Below, piece by piece: positions 1 to 13,330 of a stretch of 64,000 bases of DNA. The notes under the pieces were generated by a model. That model made no database searches. It saw only the letters and a program-made list of their open reading frames with translations, and was not told the DNA's origin. Source of the stretch: Epiperipatus broadwayi. Taxonomy: Eukaryota > Animalia > Onychophora. Location of the stretch: positions 16,058,001 to 16,122,000 of the forward strand of contig JAQFVV010000005.1 of NCBI GenBank assembly GCA_028023455.1. Direction: 5' to 3'. The translations under genes and the position numbers were made by a program. Within the stretch, counting starts at the first letter, position 1; every line of letters starts with the position of its first letter.

Positions 1-122
1 TGGGGTGGATGGATGAAATAAGGAAGTTTGCTGATGTTTTATAGAGGAGTGAGGCTTGAAATCAGAGAAACCAGATTGGACTTAGAGAAGTTTTCATTCT
101 GCAGTGGATTGATAATGGTTGA
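1..122 (+). mobile_element. Probable 3' end of an RTE-like LINE (decayed)
   Basis: Remnant frame ending ...FILQWIDNG* followed by a (TA)n tail resembles RTE ORF C-termini. It is truncated by the window edge. Confidence 0.3.
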
Positions 123-1194
123 AAATTATATATATATAATGTGAATTATAAAATATTACAAGCTAAACTAGTTACTATATTAATCCAAGTATATCAATTT
201 CCTATTAAATCATTAACAAAATCAAATAAAAATATTAACTACCAATGATTTATTTGGTATTGAATTATTTGGTAATTAAGAAATTTGCCTTGACAGAGAA
301 CCATGGATAATGAATATTTTAATTTTATTTGATTAGTGACTTAATATGAAATTGGAATACTTATTTTATATATATAATCGCAATGGATGCATTAACATAT
401 TAAATAAATATGTAGAAATAATAAATGATGGTATACTAAACATAACCTGAGAGAGAAAGTGAGAGAAAGAAGGAGAGGGAGAAATGAATACCAAAAACAT
501 CAAACTAAAAACAATTATATATTTATATAGATAGTAAAAATAAATAGATCATAAATCTATTGTTCCTATATAAACTAAGTTAGAAAATTGGATATTATGA
601 CAAAATGACAATATTGGTGATGATAGATCGGTAGTAATTTGCCACCCTAGAGCTATTTCATAAATGTTAATTAACCCTTTATGGCCTCAAAATGTTTTAT
701 AATCTTTTAGTCTTAATATGTAGGTCAAAAAAAGATATATATATAACACCTACGTTCTTGAGATTAGTTTTAATTGAAAAATATTTTTTCTGTTCCTATA
801 GTAACCTGAATTAATGAACCACAACAAACTTCTTAAGTTTTTTTATTGTAATTAGTTTAAAACAATACAATTTATAGAAAAATTAATGAATAAAATCACT
901 TTGCCATTTTTTAATACGCCGATCAAAAATAAAGTAGTCGCTGATGGTATTAAACTGCAGTTAAAGACAGATAATTTTTAGTCTTAAAAATATTTTAAAA
1001 TTCTAATTAAAATGAACGTAAATAATAATAAAAAAATCGAAGTTCGAAAATGCAACGCATTAATTAAATTAATTTATAAGAAGAATCACTTTATTAACAT
1101 CCTAATGATAAAATAATATATTAAAATATAAAACACATGCTTAGATATAAATAATATATTCAAAAATATATGTTAAAACGCCCTTAGATCAGGA

Positions 1195-1487
1195 AGAGTT
1201 CAAGTAATGAAGTTGTGAGAAAATAAACGAAGTGATTATACAGAAAGTGAGTTTTTATGCTGAATTTGGAAAAAGATAAGGGGAATTTAGATATAAAGGT
1301 CACAGAGTGGATAAAGATAATGTTGTGGAAATGGGATGGAGTAGGATAGAGAAGAATATGAGAAAAAATTAGGGTGGAGAATGGAAAGAAAAGGTAAGAT
1401 AGCTAACAGGTTTCTCTGAACATAGTGGCTGAGAGATTCCTGACTCTGAGAAAAGAAAAGCCATAGTATATCACATCACATTGCATC
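1195..1487 (+). mobile_element. LINE 3' end with (ACATC)n tail, copy 1
   Basis: Aligns by eye to 55520-55822 (+) and to 6025-6500 and 6541-6782 (-). Ends in tatcacatcacattgcatc. Confidence 0.7.
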
Positions 1488-3477
1488 AAAGATAATTGTG
1501 AAATTTAAAGTTGTAAATGTGCTTTTCTTTTGTTTTTCAATATGGTTTTATTGATCTCTTATACTTTTTTTTAGCTATGTATCTTTCTGTTGCCCTTCAC
1601 TTTTTCAATAATAATATTTTAATTGCATGATGATATTCAAGTTAAAAGCATAAAATTTTAAACACCTAAAGGTTTTGAAACCAAACCAACAATTCTAACA
1701 TTAAAACAGCAACTATATATTTTAGTGATTTAATTTACAAGCTAATTGTGGGAGCTTTTGATTTTTTGGTGAAAAATTGGATATATTTGTCAGCAGTGAT
1801 TTTTTTCTCCTCACTTTAAAAAAATTACAAATTTACTGCTACCAAATGTGGATTCAATTTCAATGACATGAATCATAGATGGGCTTTGTGGCATAGAATA
1901 ATATGTCTTCTTTCCATGCCAATGATATGGGTTCAAATTTAAACCAAATGTAATTATTTTCAAGATAAGTAGATGAGCCATTGTCAACCCAGTAAACTAT
2001 CTGATGTTAATCAATAGGTGAGTACATAAATATTCTTAACGAGATAATCTAAAACAGAGGTCAGAAAACTTTTTAACATGAAAAGCCATTTGGTTTAACC
2101 CCTACCCTCTTATTAAAGAGCTACAAGGAAAGAGCTGAAAAATATATTTATGGAAAATAGAATTTTTGAATGGCTATGGATATATTTGAACATTCATGTT
2201 AGTAATAGACCATAATAGAAGCCATATACATCTTAATAAAAATAAAAATTCTCTTAAAAATAAATAAATAAAAACAAAAAATTACTTTAACAGTTTGATT
2301 TATTCATAAATGTCTAATATTCAAATATTCATCATATACAATAATTACTATTTTATAATAAGGTTGAATTCAAGAAACAACATTGTAATGCACATTTTCT
2401 TCTCCTAGAGTCATCAAAATATTTACTTACAAATTACAAGAGGAAATGATTTTTATATATGTCATGATAAAAAGAGCCATGAGATTGAGATCAAAGAGCT
2501 AAATTTGGCTTGTAAGCCATAATTTGTTAACCCATGATCTAAAGCAATGTTGGTAAACTTTCCAATTCTCAGCATTCAGCTATTGGTAGCCATCACTGTC
2601 TTCTATGAGGGATTGCTGAAGAAACTTATGTTCTGTAGGGAGTTTTATTTTATTAGATGAGTCATGTGCTACTATGTTTAATAGAATAAAAGTGAATTCA
2701 TTTTCAAAAATTAATTTTTAAAAATAACTTTTTGATATCATCAGATAGTTCTAACATTTCTACAAATCATTTTTTTACAAATTTCTCATATTTAGGCTTT
2801 ATGATGCTACAATTATTATAAAGATAACACTATTCATAAGCTCACCTACTAAATTCTTAATTCTCTTCCCTTTTTCCCTTTCACCATTTACAATTATATA
2901 TAATACCCATAATTTCAATTTTTATTTTCTTTATTTCTTCAATAAATATCCTGTCTTATTCATTCTTTTCAATATCTATGTGCTTATAACATTATTCCAT
3001 CCACATAATATAATTCAAAAGCTGCTTATATATTTCCTTTTAGTAACATCCAATTTTTCACCCCTCAAACAAAATGTTGGAAGAGACCCATCTAACTTTA
3101 ATGATAAAAAAAGAAATAATTACTTATTGGAAGGTCATGTTTATGTTCAAAAATGAAAAGAAAGGCAATCATTGCCCAGGAATGTTCCCCTTCGAAGACA
3201 TCATTCTATTATTTGCTCTAAAGTGTAAACTGCACAGTGAAGAAAAAAGTTTTCCTAACATGCCATTATCACTGTGTACTAATGCCACACCCATAACATA
3301 AACCTGGATTTAAGCCAATAAACATCACATGACCACCACCTCTTATGCTTGTGTATAATTGTTGTTAAAACAGGCAAAACTCACTATATATATTGCCATA
3401 CACAGCAAGCTAGAGTAATCAATGGATGCCAGGAGGCTTGTGCATAAAATCCCCATCTAGTGCCTACTCATCCAATA

Positions 3478-3519
3478 TCCCCAGATTAGTTTCTGGCTTA
3501 TGGCCTTCATCAGTGAGGA
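3478..3519 (-). ncRNA. Type I hammerhead ribozyme motif, family 1 (helix III C-A mismatch)
   Basis: Reverse complement reads tcctca CTGATGA a ggc cataa gcc a GAAA cta ATC tgggga. Helix I is tcctca/tgggga and helix II is ggc/gcc. Confidence 0.7.
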
Positions 3520-3608
3520 GCCTTGGATCTGAGAGCACTGCACCTAGCCTTGGTCAGTGAGAAGCCTTGGATCTGAGAGCACTGGTGCAGTGCTCTCAGA
3601 TCCGAGGC

Positions 3609-3650
3609 TCCTCACTGACGAAGGCCTAGCACTAGAAACTAGACTGGGGA
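3609..3650 (+). ncRNA. Type I hammerhead ribozyme motif, family 1 (U16.1>A, probably inactive)
   Basis: tcctca CTGACGA aggcctagcacta GAAA cta GAC tgggga. Confidence 0.6.
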
Positions 3651-4740
3651 TATTGGATGAGTAGGCACTAAATGGGAATTTTATGCACAAGCCTTCTGGC
3701 ATCCATTGATTACTCTAGCTTGCTGTGTGTGGCAATATATACAGTGAGTGTTGCTTGTTTTAATTTTTATAAACCTGGATTATTGTAACCACAGCATAAT
3801 ATGTTAACTACTATTCAATTACTTTCACTGAATCCAATAAAAATTTTATACTTTTGTAAATTATAACATCTGTTTATTTATAATTTGTTAAATATTTTTC
3901 AACATTCAACTTTATTTTACAATTCATTTAAATGAAGTTTTTATTTTTAAAAAAGTAGATATACATTATTGCAATTTAAATATGTCAAACTTTCTGAACT
4001 CACACTGTTGACATTATTTAGTTAAGATACATACATAAATGATTATTATTAATCATTTATTATGCTAGAGACTAATCATTAATCAAACTAGAAATGATGT
4101 GATTATCTCTAGCCTGATAAATGATTAACAATAATCATTAATGCATTTATCTGAAACGAATGGTCTCAAAGTTATGAATGGAGAAAGTTTGACATTTATA
4201 AATCAAGGTATTATAATTTGGTGTTGATAAATACTGAACAAATGTTGAAGCCATGTGAGAAATTGTGACCTGAGCTAACTTAAGAGTGCTTAATTCAACA
4301 TGAAATGTATATTGGAAACATTTGCTTTTTGCAGATATTTTTATTCATGTTTCAAGAATGGATGGTAGAATAGACATTTTGATTATATCTAAGAAATAGT
4401 AAATTTTTATAATTTTTGTCACTTTATAATTTTAGTCAATTAAGAAGATAGTAAGACATCAATTATATGAGTATTAACTTTCCAACGCATTAATTATGTA
4501 CATACTACAGTATCTCCACTTAGCATTCTGTTTCTAATAGTGGGGCATCACTTTTTTGCTTAATATATTTGCATTTGAGATATAGTACAAAATAAATTAT
4601 TATTATTGCTAAAAATTTATTAAAGCATTTCAGAGATTTAAAGAAATGGTTATATTTAAATTGTTAATGAGCTTTAACTTATGTAAATATTCTTTGTAAA
4701 AACAAACTTTCCTCACAGTAAAAAATCACTACCATTAAAA

Positions 4741-4883
4741 ATAAACAGTGAGGATTGCCAATTCCTCTACAAGCTTTATGATAAATGCTTAGCCAGAGCC
4801 AGCACTTAAAATATCTCTGTGCTGGCTCTGGCTAAGCATTTATCATAAAGCTTGTAGAGGAATTGGCAATCCTCACTGTTTAT
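4741..4883. repeat. Perfect inverted repeat, 65-bp arms, 13-nt loop
   Basis: 4741-4805 is the exact reverse complement of 4819-4883, checked base by base. Confidence 0.95.
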
Positions 4884-5044
4884 AACTTACAAGCTTAAGA
4901 GGTAGGGTCATGTGACCTATGAATTGATCTATGACTCTTATTTTGACTATCACATGACCATATCTTATGTAATGCTTACATAATGAATGTTCAGCAGCAA
5001 TTGTTTTTTTAAACCATGATTAGCTTAATAATAAAATAAAAAAG

Positions 5045-5225
5045 CAAAAGATAGCTGCTAGAGGAAAGATGCATTCGATTCAAAAGTATCCGATGCACTG
5101 CTTCAACATCCAAAACTCTTTATTGATAAAATCCATAAGCTAAAAATTATTCTGGGGATAATGGATATGATAGCATTGAATAGGGATTTATTAAGCACTA
5201 CTATTTGGAATCTAATGAAGTGCAC
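5045..5225 (+). mobile_element. Old degenerate copy of HHR family 1
   Basis: Colinear with 62095-62290 (gctgctagagga...ccataagctaaaaattattctggggata...). The ribozyme core is destroyed. Confidence 0.6.
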
Positions 5226-6024
5226 CTTCATGGAATGATCATATATATTTACACCATTTTAATAAATATACATATTTGAAACTATATATTTCCACTTGTA
5301 AGATTTAATGTTAAAGCTAATGGATGCTTTGAATTTAATGAAAAAAAATTTACTCTTCAATTTTTTATTCTGATCAGAAATGAGGAGCAAATGGAAGTAG
5401 ATTAGAAGAGACAGTTTTCTTGTCTAAAATAAATAATTAAATATTTTGATAACTTATTCTGTGCTAGTTGCATGTATATCCTGGTGGAGCTATCATCCAT
5501 GTTCAAAAATAGACATGAGAAAGCTATTTGATAACTTTATTTTTTCATAAAAAAATCAAAAACAAATGAACAAAAACATAATATATGAGTGAAAACATAA
5601 AAATAATAAAATTTATTTAGAATTGACATCCATACAAACATTCTATAAAAAATTAATTTAGTGTTTGCCGTCACCAATGTTTTCATTCAAACACACCTAT
5701 TGACAATGATCATTTTAAAATCATTGTTTGCTAAAAATATTATTTGCAGGTTTGTTTTCTAAATAAATTATATTATTTTCATATTTTCAAATGGACCATT
5801 CTTTTGCTTTTCTTAATTTAAGATGTTCGCATCATCACTATAAAATTTTTCACTGAATGTTTTTGCATTAATTGCATTTATTAAAATAGTTTGTTAACAT
5901 TATTATTTGTCGATTTGTTTTCTAAGTAAAATATGTTATCACATATTTTCAAATATATTGTTATTTTGATGTTTTTGCTTATTTATATATATATATATAA
6001 CTTATTGATTAGATTATTCTTATT

Positions 6025-6500
6025 GATGTGATGTGATGGATCATGGATTCTCCTTTATTAAAGCCCAGAGATCTCTTAGCCGCTGTCTAGAGAAGCCTAT
6101 GGCCACCTTATCTTTTCTTTCCATTCACCACCCTAAGTTTTTCCCATATTCTTGTCTATCCATCCCATTTTGACAACATCATTTTTATCCACTCTATGGC
6201 CTTTATATCTAGATCCCCCTTATCCTTCTCCAAACCCAGTGTAAAAATCAAAAACCCATTTTCTGTACACTCACTTTGTTTTATATATTATTCTCCCATA
6301 ACTACAGTATTTATACCCTTTCTACTTGTTTGTAAGCATTTGCATTCAATTAGCAGATGTCTAATATTATCGATGCCTTCCTTACATAACTTGCAGAATA
6401 AATCACTCACATTTCTCCATTTATGTCTATATTCCCTTGTTGCTAACAATCCTTATCAAGCCTTAATCGGTAAACTACTTTTCTTGCTATTGTAAATTAA
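6025..6500 (-). mobile_element. LINE 3' end with C-terminal CCHC zinc knuckle and (ACATC)n tail
   Basis: Minus-strand translation LATREYRHKWRNVSDLFCKLCKEGIDNIRHLLIECKCL (C-x2-C-x8-H-x4-C). Tail gatgtgatgtgatg at 6025-6038. Confidence 0.8.
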
Positions 6501-6540
6501 CTCACACTCAATATTCTGTTTACTTCTATATATATTTATT

Positions 6541-6782
6541 GATGTGATGTGATGTGATATATTTTGGCTTCTCCTTAAACGAAGTCAAAAATATCTCAGC
6601 AATTATGCCCAGATAAACCTGTTAGCCACTTTATTTTCCATTCCCTGCTTTAAGTCTTCCCATATTCTGCCCCATCCTATTTCCACAACATAATTTTTGT
6701 CAACTCTATAGCCTTTATATCTAAATCCCCCTTATCTTTTTGCAAATCCAGCATAAAAAACAATAACTCACTTTCTGTAAAT
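6541..6782 (-). mobile_element. LINE 3' end with (ACATC)n tail, copy 3
   Basis: Near-identical reverse complement of 55590-55822. Tail at 6541-6557. Confidence 0.75.
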
Positions 6783-8644
6783 CGTGGCTCCACCTATGGG
6801 TATATACACACAAATAGCATCATTTATTTCTAGTAAAATTGTTGCATTTATAAAAAAAATCTTATAATTAAAAATAAATCATTCATTTGAACTTTATTGT
6901 TTATTTTAATGCCTTTATTTGTCTAATTTTATAAAATATTGAATTATATAATTTTTTTAAGCTTTTTTTTTTTTTTTGACCAGCACTTTTTTTTGGAATG
7001 CATCTAAACTTTAATTGAAATATAAATGCTTCTTTAAATCTTTTATTATTTATAATTATTCCATAATTCAATTATTTTTTATGCTCAAAACAAAATAGGC
7101 TGAACTTGAATAATTACATTACATTTCCTATAAAATATTTTTTTATATTTTTGATTATTCAAATTATTTGATTCTCCAAAGTAGATATGGTCAGGAACTG
7201 CTTCAGATAATTTATTTCCTGTTGCATTCAAAAATTAATCAGAAAAACTTGCTTTTATTTTTTTTATTCAAATCTCATGATTTTTTCAATAAATATAATA
7301 TTAAATCTTCAAAAAAATATTTACTCATTTATTCAAAAATAAATTACTTTTTCTATCAAACTATCAATTTGCAGCAGATTTTAAATGATTTTTTATAAAA
7401 TGGAAAGAAATTAAAGGCCATGTAACATTTATTACCACCCACCACTACCCTTTATGCACCATTGTAATAAATATAACATTTGAAAAGAAAGTCAGGAATT
7501 ATTTTCAAATTTTAGTTTAAAAAAGAAAGTGAAATGGTATTAAGTATATTACTAAGTGTGTGTTGCACATAAGTTGTATATTTTTTAAAAGAAGATTTAT
7601 TACTATAGTGTTGTCTTTTCACTGTTGAAAAAATGTTTCTTATTATTTTTGTAATGTTTGTGGGCATTCTTTTCAGATTACACAGGCTGACTAATATCAT
7701 GTCTCTTTCAACTATAAAATCCACAATATTGACATAAGTAAAACCAATCGATTCTAAATAGCAAAATGTGCCAGATCTCTATGACAGTTTTCATTTAATA
7801 GATCTTTTCCTAATCAAAGACAGTGTGTTTTTTGTATATCTCTTATCAGAAAAAACTAATTATCATAACTCAGATTTGAGTTTGCATTTACTGCTAATTG
7901 ATTTTATTCAACTCTTATATTTTGGTTTCTGACAAGACTGTTTGAGCAGTTGGTTTAGCTGTAAAAATAAAAAAATTCCTATTGGATCTGGTGTAATGGT
8001 AGCATGGAGGAAAGCTTAAGGTTCCTGAATTGCATCCAGCTGTCAATATTGGCTTGTGAACTCTCAAGTAATAAAAGCATTGATTGCTATTTTTTAGTGG
8101 TAAATTAGAGAACTAAAAGATTTAGAATCGATTTTTGATTAGTAAAAATAAGAAATAAAAATCAAGATTCAATAATTAAATAGAAGTGTAGCTTTGCATG
8201 TCATTTTAATGTTGAAATGTCAATAATTTTTTTTGAATATGTTACGATATAATAAAGATGTTTTTAGATTTTCCATTACTCTGTATGACTTACAGCATTA
8301 ATATAGTATAGATAACTTAAAAATTGCCAAATAAAATCCCAGCTAGCTACACAAGAAAAAACCCCTCTCAATTTCATCAACTGCCACTTGCCTACTTGAA
8401 TGTCACATGCTCTCTTGAAAAACTTAGTATACACTTATTAATTTATTAGTTTGAATAGTAGAAGACTGACCAACAATTCAGATTCTGGTCAAGAAAATAT
8501 TTATATGATACTATCTAAAGCCTGATAATTGACTCAATACTTATCTGAGCAAACCATTTATTATACTTTAACTCTACCACCTAGTGAAACTTAAGTAATT
8601 GTTTTGCTAGATTTTATTAAATCCATATCTTGTATTCTCCTGCA

Positions 8645-8715
8645 CATATTCCATATTAGTTTCTGTTTTATGGCTTTGGTCAGTAAAAGGTTTTGAACCT
8701 GAATTAGTACATTTG
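8645..8715 (-). mobile_element. Degenerate fragment of HHR family 1
   Basis: ttagtttctgttttatggctttggtcagtaaaagg...gaacctga aligns to ctagtttctggcttatggccttcatcagtgaggag...ggatctga. Confidence 0.45.
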
Positions 8716-11129
8716 GATTTTTTTAGATTTAAGGCACTTTTAAAACATCCAACAGTCATCTTTTTCTGTTCTTTATATTACTAAGCTATAAATCTAAAAT
8801 TCACATACATATTAAGTTGCACACAAAATAAGCTTGAATTCCAAATCTGAAGATGTGTTATTTAAATTTCAGTTTGGTAGCTTGATAATACAAAAAAAAA
8901 AAAGAGTAGAAAGTGGTTACTGGATAAAAAGTGCACTAGATTAAAAAAAATCAGCTGCACTAAATCCAGATTTAAACCTCCTTATAGGATGGCACTAAAT
9001 AGCAATTTAGTAAATGCTACATCTAATATCTATAGATTGTTCTAGCTTATATTAGGTGGAACAGCTAAAGTAAAGTAAATAATTTGCTCTTGAAAAAAAT
9101 TGTATAAGCGGAAGTCATGTGATTTTTTTTCTTCTGTGATTCAATATTTATATAGTTAGTCTCTAATAATGATATTGTAATCTCACTATGCTCTAGACTT
9201 AATAAAAATATATAAATTCTAAATAGTTATTTTAATTATAAAAAGCTATTAATATTAGAGAAGCAAATACAGAAATATAAATCAATTTAGAAATGTAATA
9301 ATTCTTAAAGAAAAAAAACAACAGCGAAGCAGAAAGAAATTACTTTTATAATTTGAAATTTAATATATTTTTATATAGATTTGAAACAATCAATAAAAAA
9401 ATACTACATAATATTACTTTTTTTTCTTATATTGAAATTAAAGATTAAATGTTGCTAAGAAATTACAGCACGAAACCTTGCAATTACAATTGACTATTTA
9501 AAACCCACGTGACCATCTTGGTTTCTAATAATTACATACAAATAAAGTTTATGATTGTTATTTAATAAATTTAACAATCCGTTTTCAGATTTTTTTTTGG
9601 TAACCAACAAACAAAAGTTTATTATTTTTCCATTATTTATTATTATCCCTTCCCCCTATCTCGTAGATATTTGTATGTCTGAAAAAAGATTTCAAAATTC
9701 TATTTTTGTTATAATAAACAACAAATTTAAAAAGTTACACTTTTTAAAAATAATATACAATGAATTTATTTCTTTTAAAAATGAATTAAAGCAATGGGAA
9801 TTAAACTTTTAACGTCTTTAATGAAATCATCTTTTTTTATTTCAGTTATTTTTGCAGACTTCTTCAACATTAAAATAGATATTATAAAAACATATTTTTT
9901 CAATTATTAACCATAAACTATTAATCATATAATATTTAATATATTGATAATTAATATTGTTTAAATATTATTATAATGATTATTACAATTTGATTTACAA
10001 GTATCAAATTTTTGGTACTTGTGAATTTTCAAGTAAACCAAGATGGCAGCTCATATTTTTGATAAATATACAGTTTCAAGGGCCTACAATCTACTAAAGA
10101 TGTGTTAGTTGTTCACTTAAAACAAAATTAATAAATCAATTGTTAAATTTAAAAAAATTAATAAATTGCAATAACTTTCATTAAGAAACTTTATTTCAAT
10201 TTTTTAAAATTAATATTATAACATGGCAAGCAATGAAATGCTCTTAATATCATTGTACTTTGGTTGAATTCAGCGTGTTTCTTTTTGTCAGCAGTTTTTG
10301 TGGTAAATTGTCATAATGATCAAAATTTGTGACCTTTCTATCACAGAATGTTATGCAGTGGACTATTTCCAAAGATACAGAATCCTGCCCTCAATGAAAA
10401 GTATATTAATGGTCATGATATGATTGCATGCCACCAACATGAATAAAATATAAATATCATATTTATATATTTTTTCATTTTTCTATTAAGTTAATCCGAA
10501 AAGAAAATAAACTATAAATATTGTAATTAATTTTTTCACAATTTCTTATTTTAAAATAACGGTAATAAAAAAAAAAATGTAATTATTAAATATAATGTTT
10601 CCTAGCTGGCATTTTTTATAAACATTTTGTAGAGGCTCCCGAAACTGTAGATTTATCAAAAATACAGGCTGACATTGTGGTTTACTTGAAAACTCACAAC
10701 AACTCAAATTTTATATACTTACAACTTTGATACAATTCACTTCATATAAGTACATTAACAATTATATATCTGGTAAAATGAAAATACTCACAGAAAAGGT
10801 AGTTTTTTTAATATTCTTTCAATATATTTTTACTATATAATATTCATGGTGTATAATGTGTGATTAAATGATTTTTTATATCAGTACTTAAACAATGTTT
10901 AATTAACTGTTCACGTACTCAATTTTAAGTTAAAATTTAAATCTCCATATTCAAATAGCCCACTTCTTTGAAATGGGTATACTGGTTTCTTTTTTGTTAA
11001 TAGAAAAATAGTTACTAGCTATTGCATATAATTCATTGATCTTTCATTTTCTATTCTCTCTTTCTCTCTCTCTCTCTCTCTGTGTGTGTACACTATCTCT
11101 GCTTTTGTTAGCTCAAATCTATGGTAGTT

Positions 11130-11710
11130 TTCAGCTCATGGGCTGTAAATATTGGCATGTGCTTTTTGTTCCTGTTGTGTCTATTGTATAAAAATCTGTA
11201 TTGAGCAAGTTTCATTGACAGGTTGGCCCTCAACTCCCACAATATGCAGCATTGAAAGCTGATTGGCCACACTTAATTTTATAGACCACTTGATGTGCCA
11301 ATTCATTTGGTATAGTCTTTAAAGTTATTGTTTAATTGCTTAAGTGATGGAAGGGTTCAAAAACTTATATTAAATTTATCTTTACATATATTTTTAAATT
11401 TATGTGCAATCTCTGGAATATAAGGTAGACTTATCCATTGTTTAGGTTCCACTTTCTGGATGAGGAGAGGATATCTTTTTATAGAATGTTTTTATGGTGT
11501 TTATGATTTTATCATGATTACATCCCATATTTCAAAGATCATTTATGTACTGTTCAGTGTTATTCATTTTATTGTATTCAAACTTGCATAGAATATGATT
11601 TCTGTGTAAAAAACATTTCAATCCTGCATATTTATGTGATATTGAGATTATTGATCTAGAGTGGATCACTTCTCATATTTAGGAGTTAATCATCATTTTA
11701 TATGCCATGA
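11130..11710 (-). mobile_element. Penelope-like element fossil (RT C-terminal region plus GIY-YIG)
   Basis: Minus translations IHSRSIISISHKYAGLK.. and HQVVYKIKCGQSAFNAAYCGS. Same family as 14560-14880 and 63100-63960. Confidence 0.7.
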
Positions 11711-12719
11711 ATATGATATAGTAAAAATATATTGAAAGCATTGTAGGCAATAATAAAACTAAATATTTAAAAAAAAACTAACTTAGGCTATATTTTCATT
11801 TTACCAAATATTGCATTGGCTTAGAAAAGAAGAAAATTAGTAATAACTGAATTACATTAACAATTATTAATAATCATTTATTAGGCTAGACATTATCATA
11901 TCATTCCTAATCCAGATATAAACTTTAAACCCAATTAAAGAATGATATATTTGTTTATTAATTAAGCATAATTATTTGGAATAGTTAATTCAACTTCATA
12001 TTTCTTTTTCCCTTGTTAATAGTTTTAAATAATCTAATAAATAATTAATAATAATAATTAATGAATTCATCTGGAGTGGGTAGTATCTATCAATGCTATG
12101 AGTGCAGTAAGTTTGTTACTTATAGATCAAATTATAATAACTTGATATTAATAAATCCTGAACAAAAGATGAAGACAATATATATATATTGTAACATTTT
12201 TTACGTTTTATTGTAATGTTTTTCATGTTTGGTTATATAGACCTTCAATTACGCATTGAAAAAGAAAAAATATTTCAGTCGTATTTCTAAAACATAGCTA
12301 TATTTCCTGATTAACTTGAATTACTACTTGGAGTGCTGTCAAGATCGGTTTTTATTTATTTAAAGCAGGATGCTAGAATCCATATAAGAATTTACTAATA
12401 TCTGACACATTGCACATTGTAAATTTAGAAGGTAACTAAAAGTAAAATTGGGATTGCTGATTCTTATCATTTTAAAGCTTTTATAAGAAAGTTTCACAGG
12501 GCTTAACTTCTAACAAATCTATTGGCAAAGGTAATTTATACATAATAGATTATAAATAAACTAACAATAATAACGCACAATGAACAGTTGATAAAAGTAA
12601 AATATTTTATTCAAACAAATTAAAATATTTAAAAGATAAATTACTAATAAATTGGAAAGAATACACACACACTAATCCAGATATTAATCAACTAATTAAA
12701 ACAGTTTAACAATTAAAGT

Positions 12720-13330
12720 TCACATCTGAAGTTTCTTCTAGAAAGTTCTTTGAATGATAAATCTGCAAATGTCTCTATTAGTAGTATATTTTAAGCTTAT
12801 AGTAAAGATTGTTTGAAGAGCCCATTGAAGTTAACTAGTTTCACTCTGTTGACATTTTTGTATGTTCTTAGTCTGTCCTAATGCTAGACTTGAAGGTTTT
12901 TTTGAATGACCTATATGACAAAAGGTATCTGTAAAAGCATCAGTTCTACTCTGCATGATGATTCACCTCAGCATATGAGTAGTGGTAGTTCTGCATATAC
13001 GTAGTCCAGGATAGAATATTTTCTCTATCCTGGACCTAATGGAAACTGATAGTTAGGGAGAAGACACAAGACCTTGATTGCCATTATTTTCTCCCTTTGA
13101 TACTTGCGATCAGTTTTTAGACTCCTGCACATACATCTTTTGTTCTTTTATCACAATACAAAATAATAATCTTGTACATTATTTCTTATTTTCAACTACA
13201 AACTTCTTTTTTTATATTTTTTTCTGCCATCTTTAATTAGAGTTACAAAGGTTTTACTGATCGTAATCTTTTCCATTTGGAATTTCTTTCTTTTCGTTTC
13301 TCTGGATTAGTAATCTTAACATATTTTTTT
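12720..13330 (-). repeat. Unclassified dispersed repeat with conserved hairpins (copy A)
   Basis: Colinear with 30110-30460 (taattaaagatggc; gtcc.ggata hairpin; cattaggacaga). 12-bp stem at 13004-13035. Confidence 0.5.

Larger units (their letters stand above)
3311..3768. mobile_element. Fold-back insertion of HHR family 1 (PLE 3'-end/retrozyme-like): minus copy, partial duplicate, then plus copy
   Basis: About 3373-3546 is the reverse complement of about 3585-3755. It is flanked by the 13-bp direct repeat ataaacctggatt (3298-3310 and 3769-3781). Confidence 0.85.

Noticed and set aside
668-1130. piggyBac-like start TTAA-CCCTT with CpG-rich interior
   Set aside because: No matching right terminus nearby and no transposase remnant.
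1878-2100. Possible tRNA-SINE followed by an hAT-like terminus
   Set aside because: Boxes and terminus are too degenerate, with no second copy or TSD in the window.
4335-4410. Possible exon DIFIHVSRMDG resembling a cold-shock RNP motif
   Set aside because: Too short, terminates quickly, no other cold-shock-domain parts found, and adjacent sequence looks like LINE endonuclease debris.
7900-7965. Possible minus-strand terminal exon after ttttttattttttacag (..KPTAQTVLSETKI*)
   Set aside because: Good-looking acceptor, but the peptide is short and unrecognised and I found no linked upstream exon.
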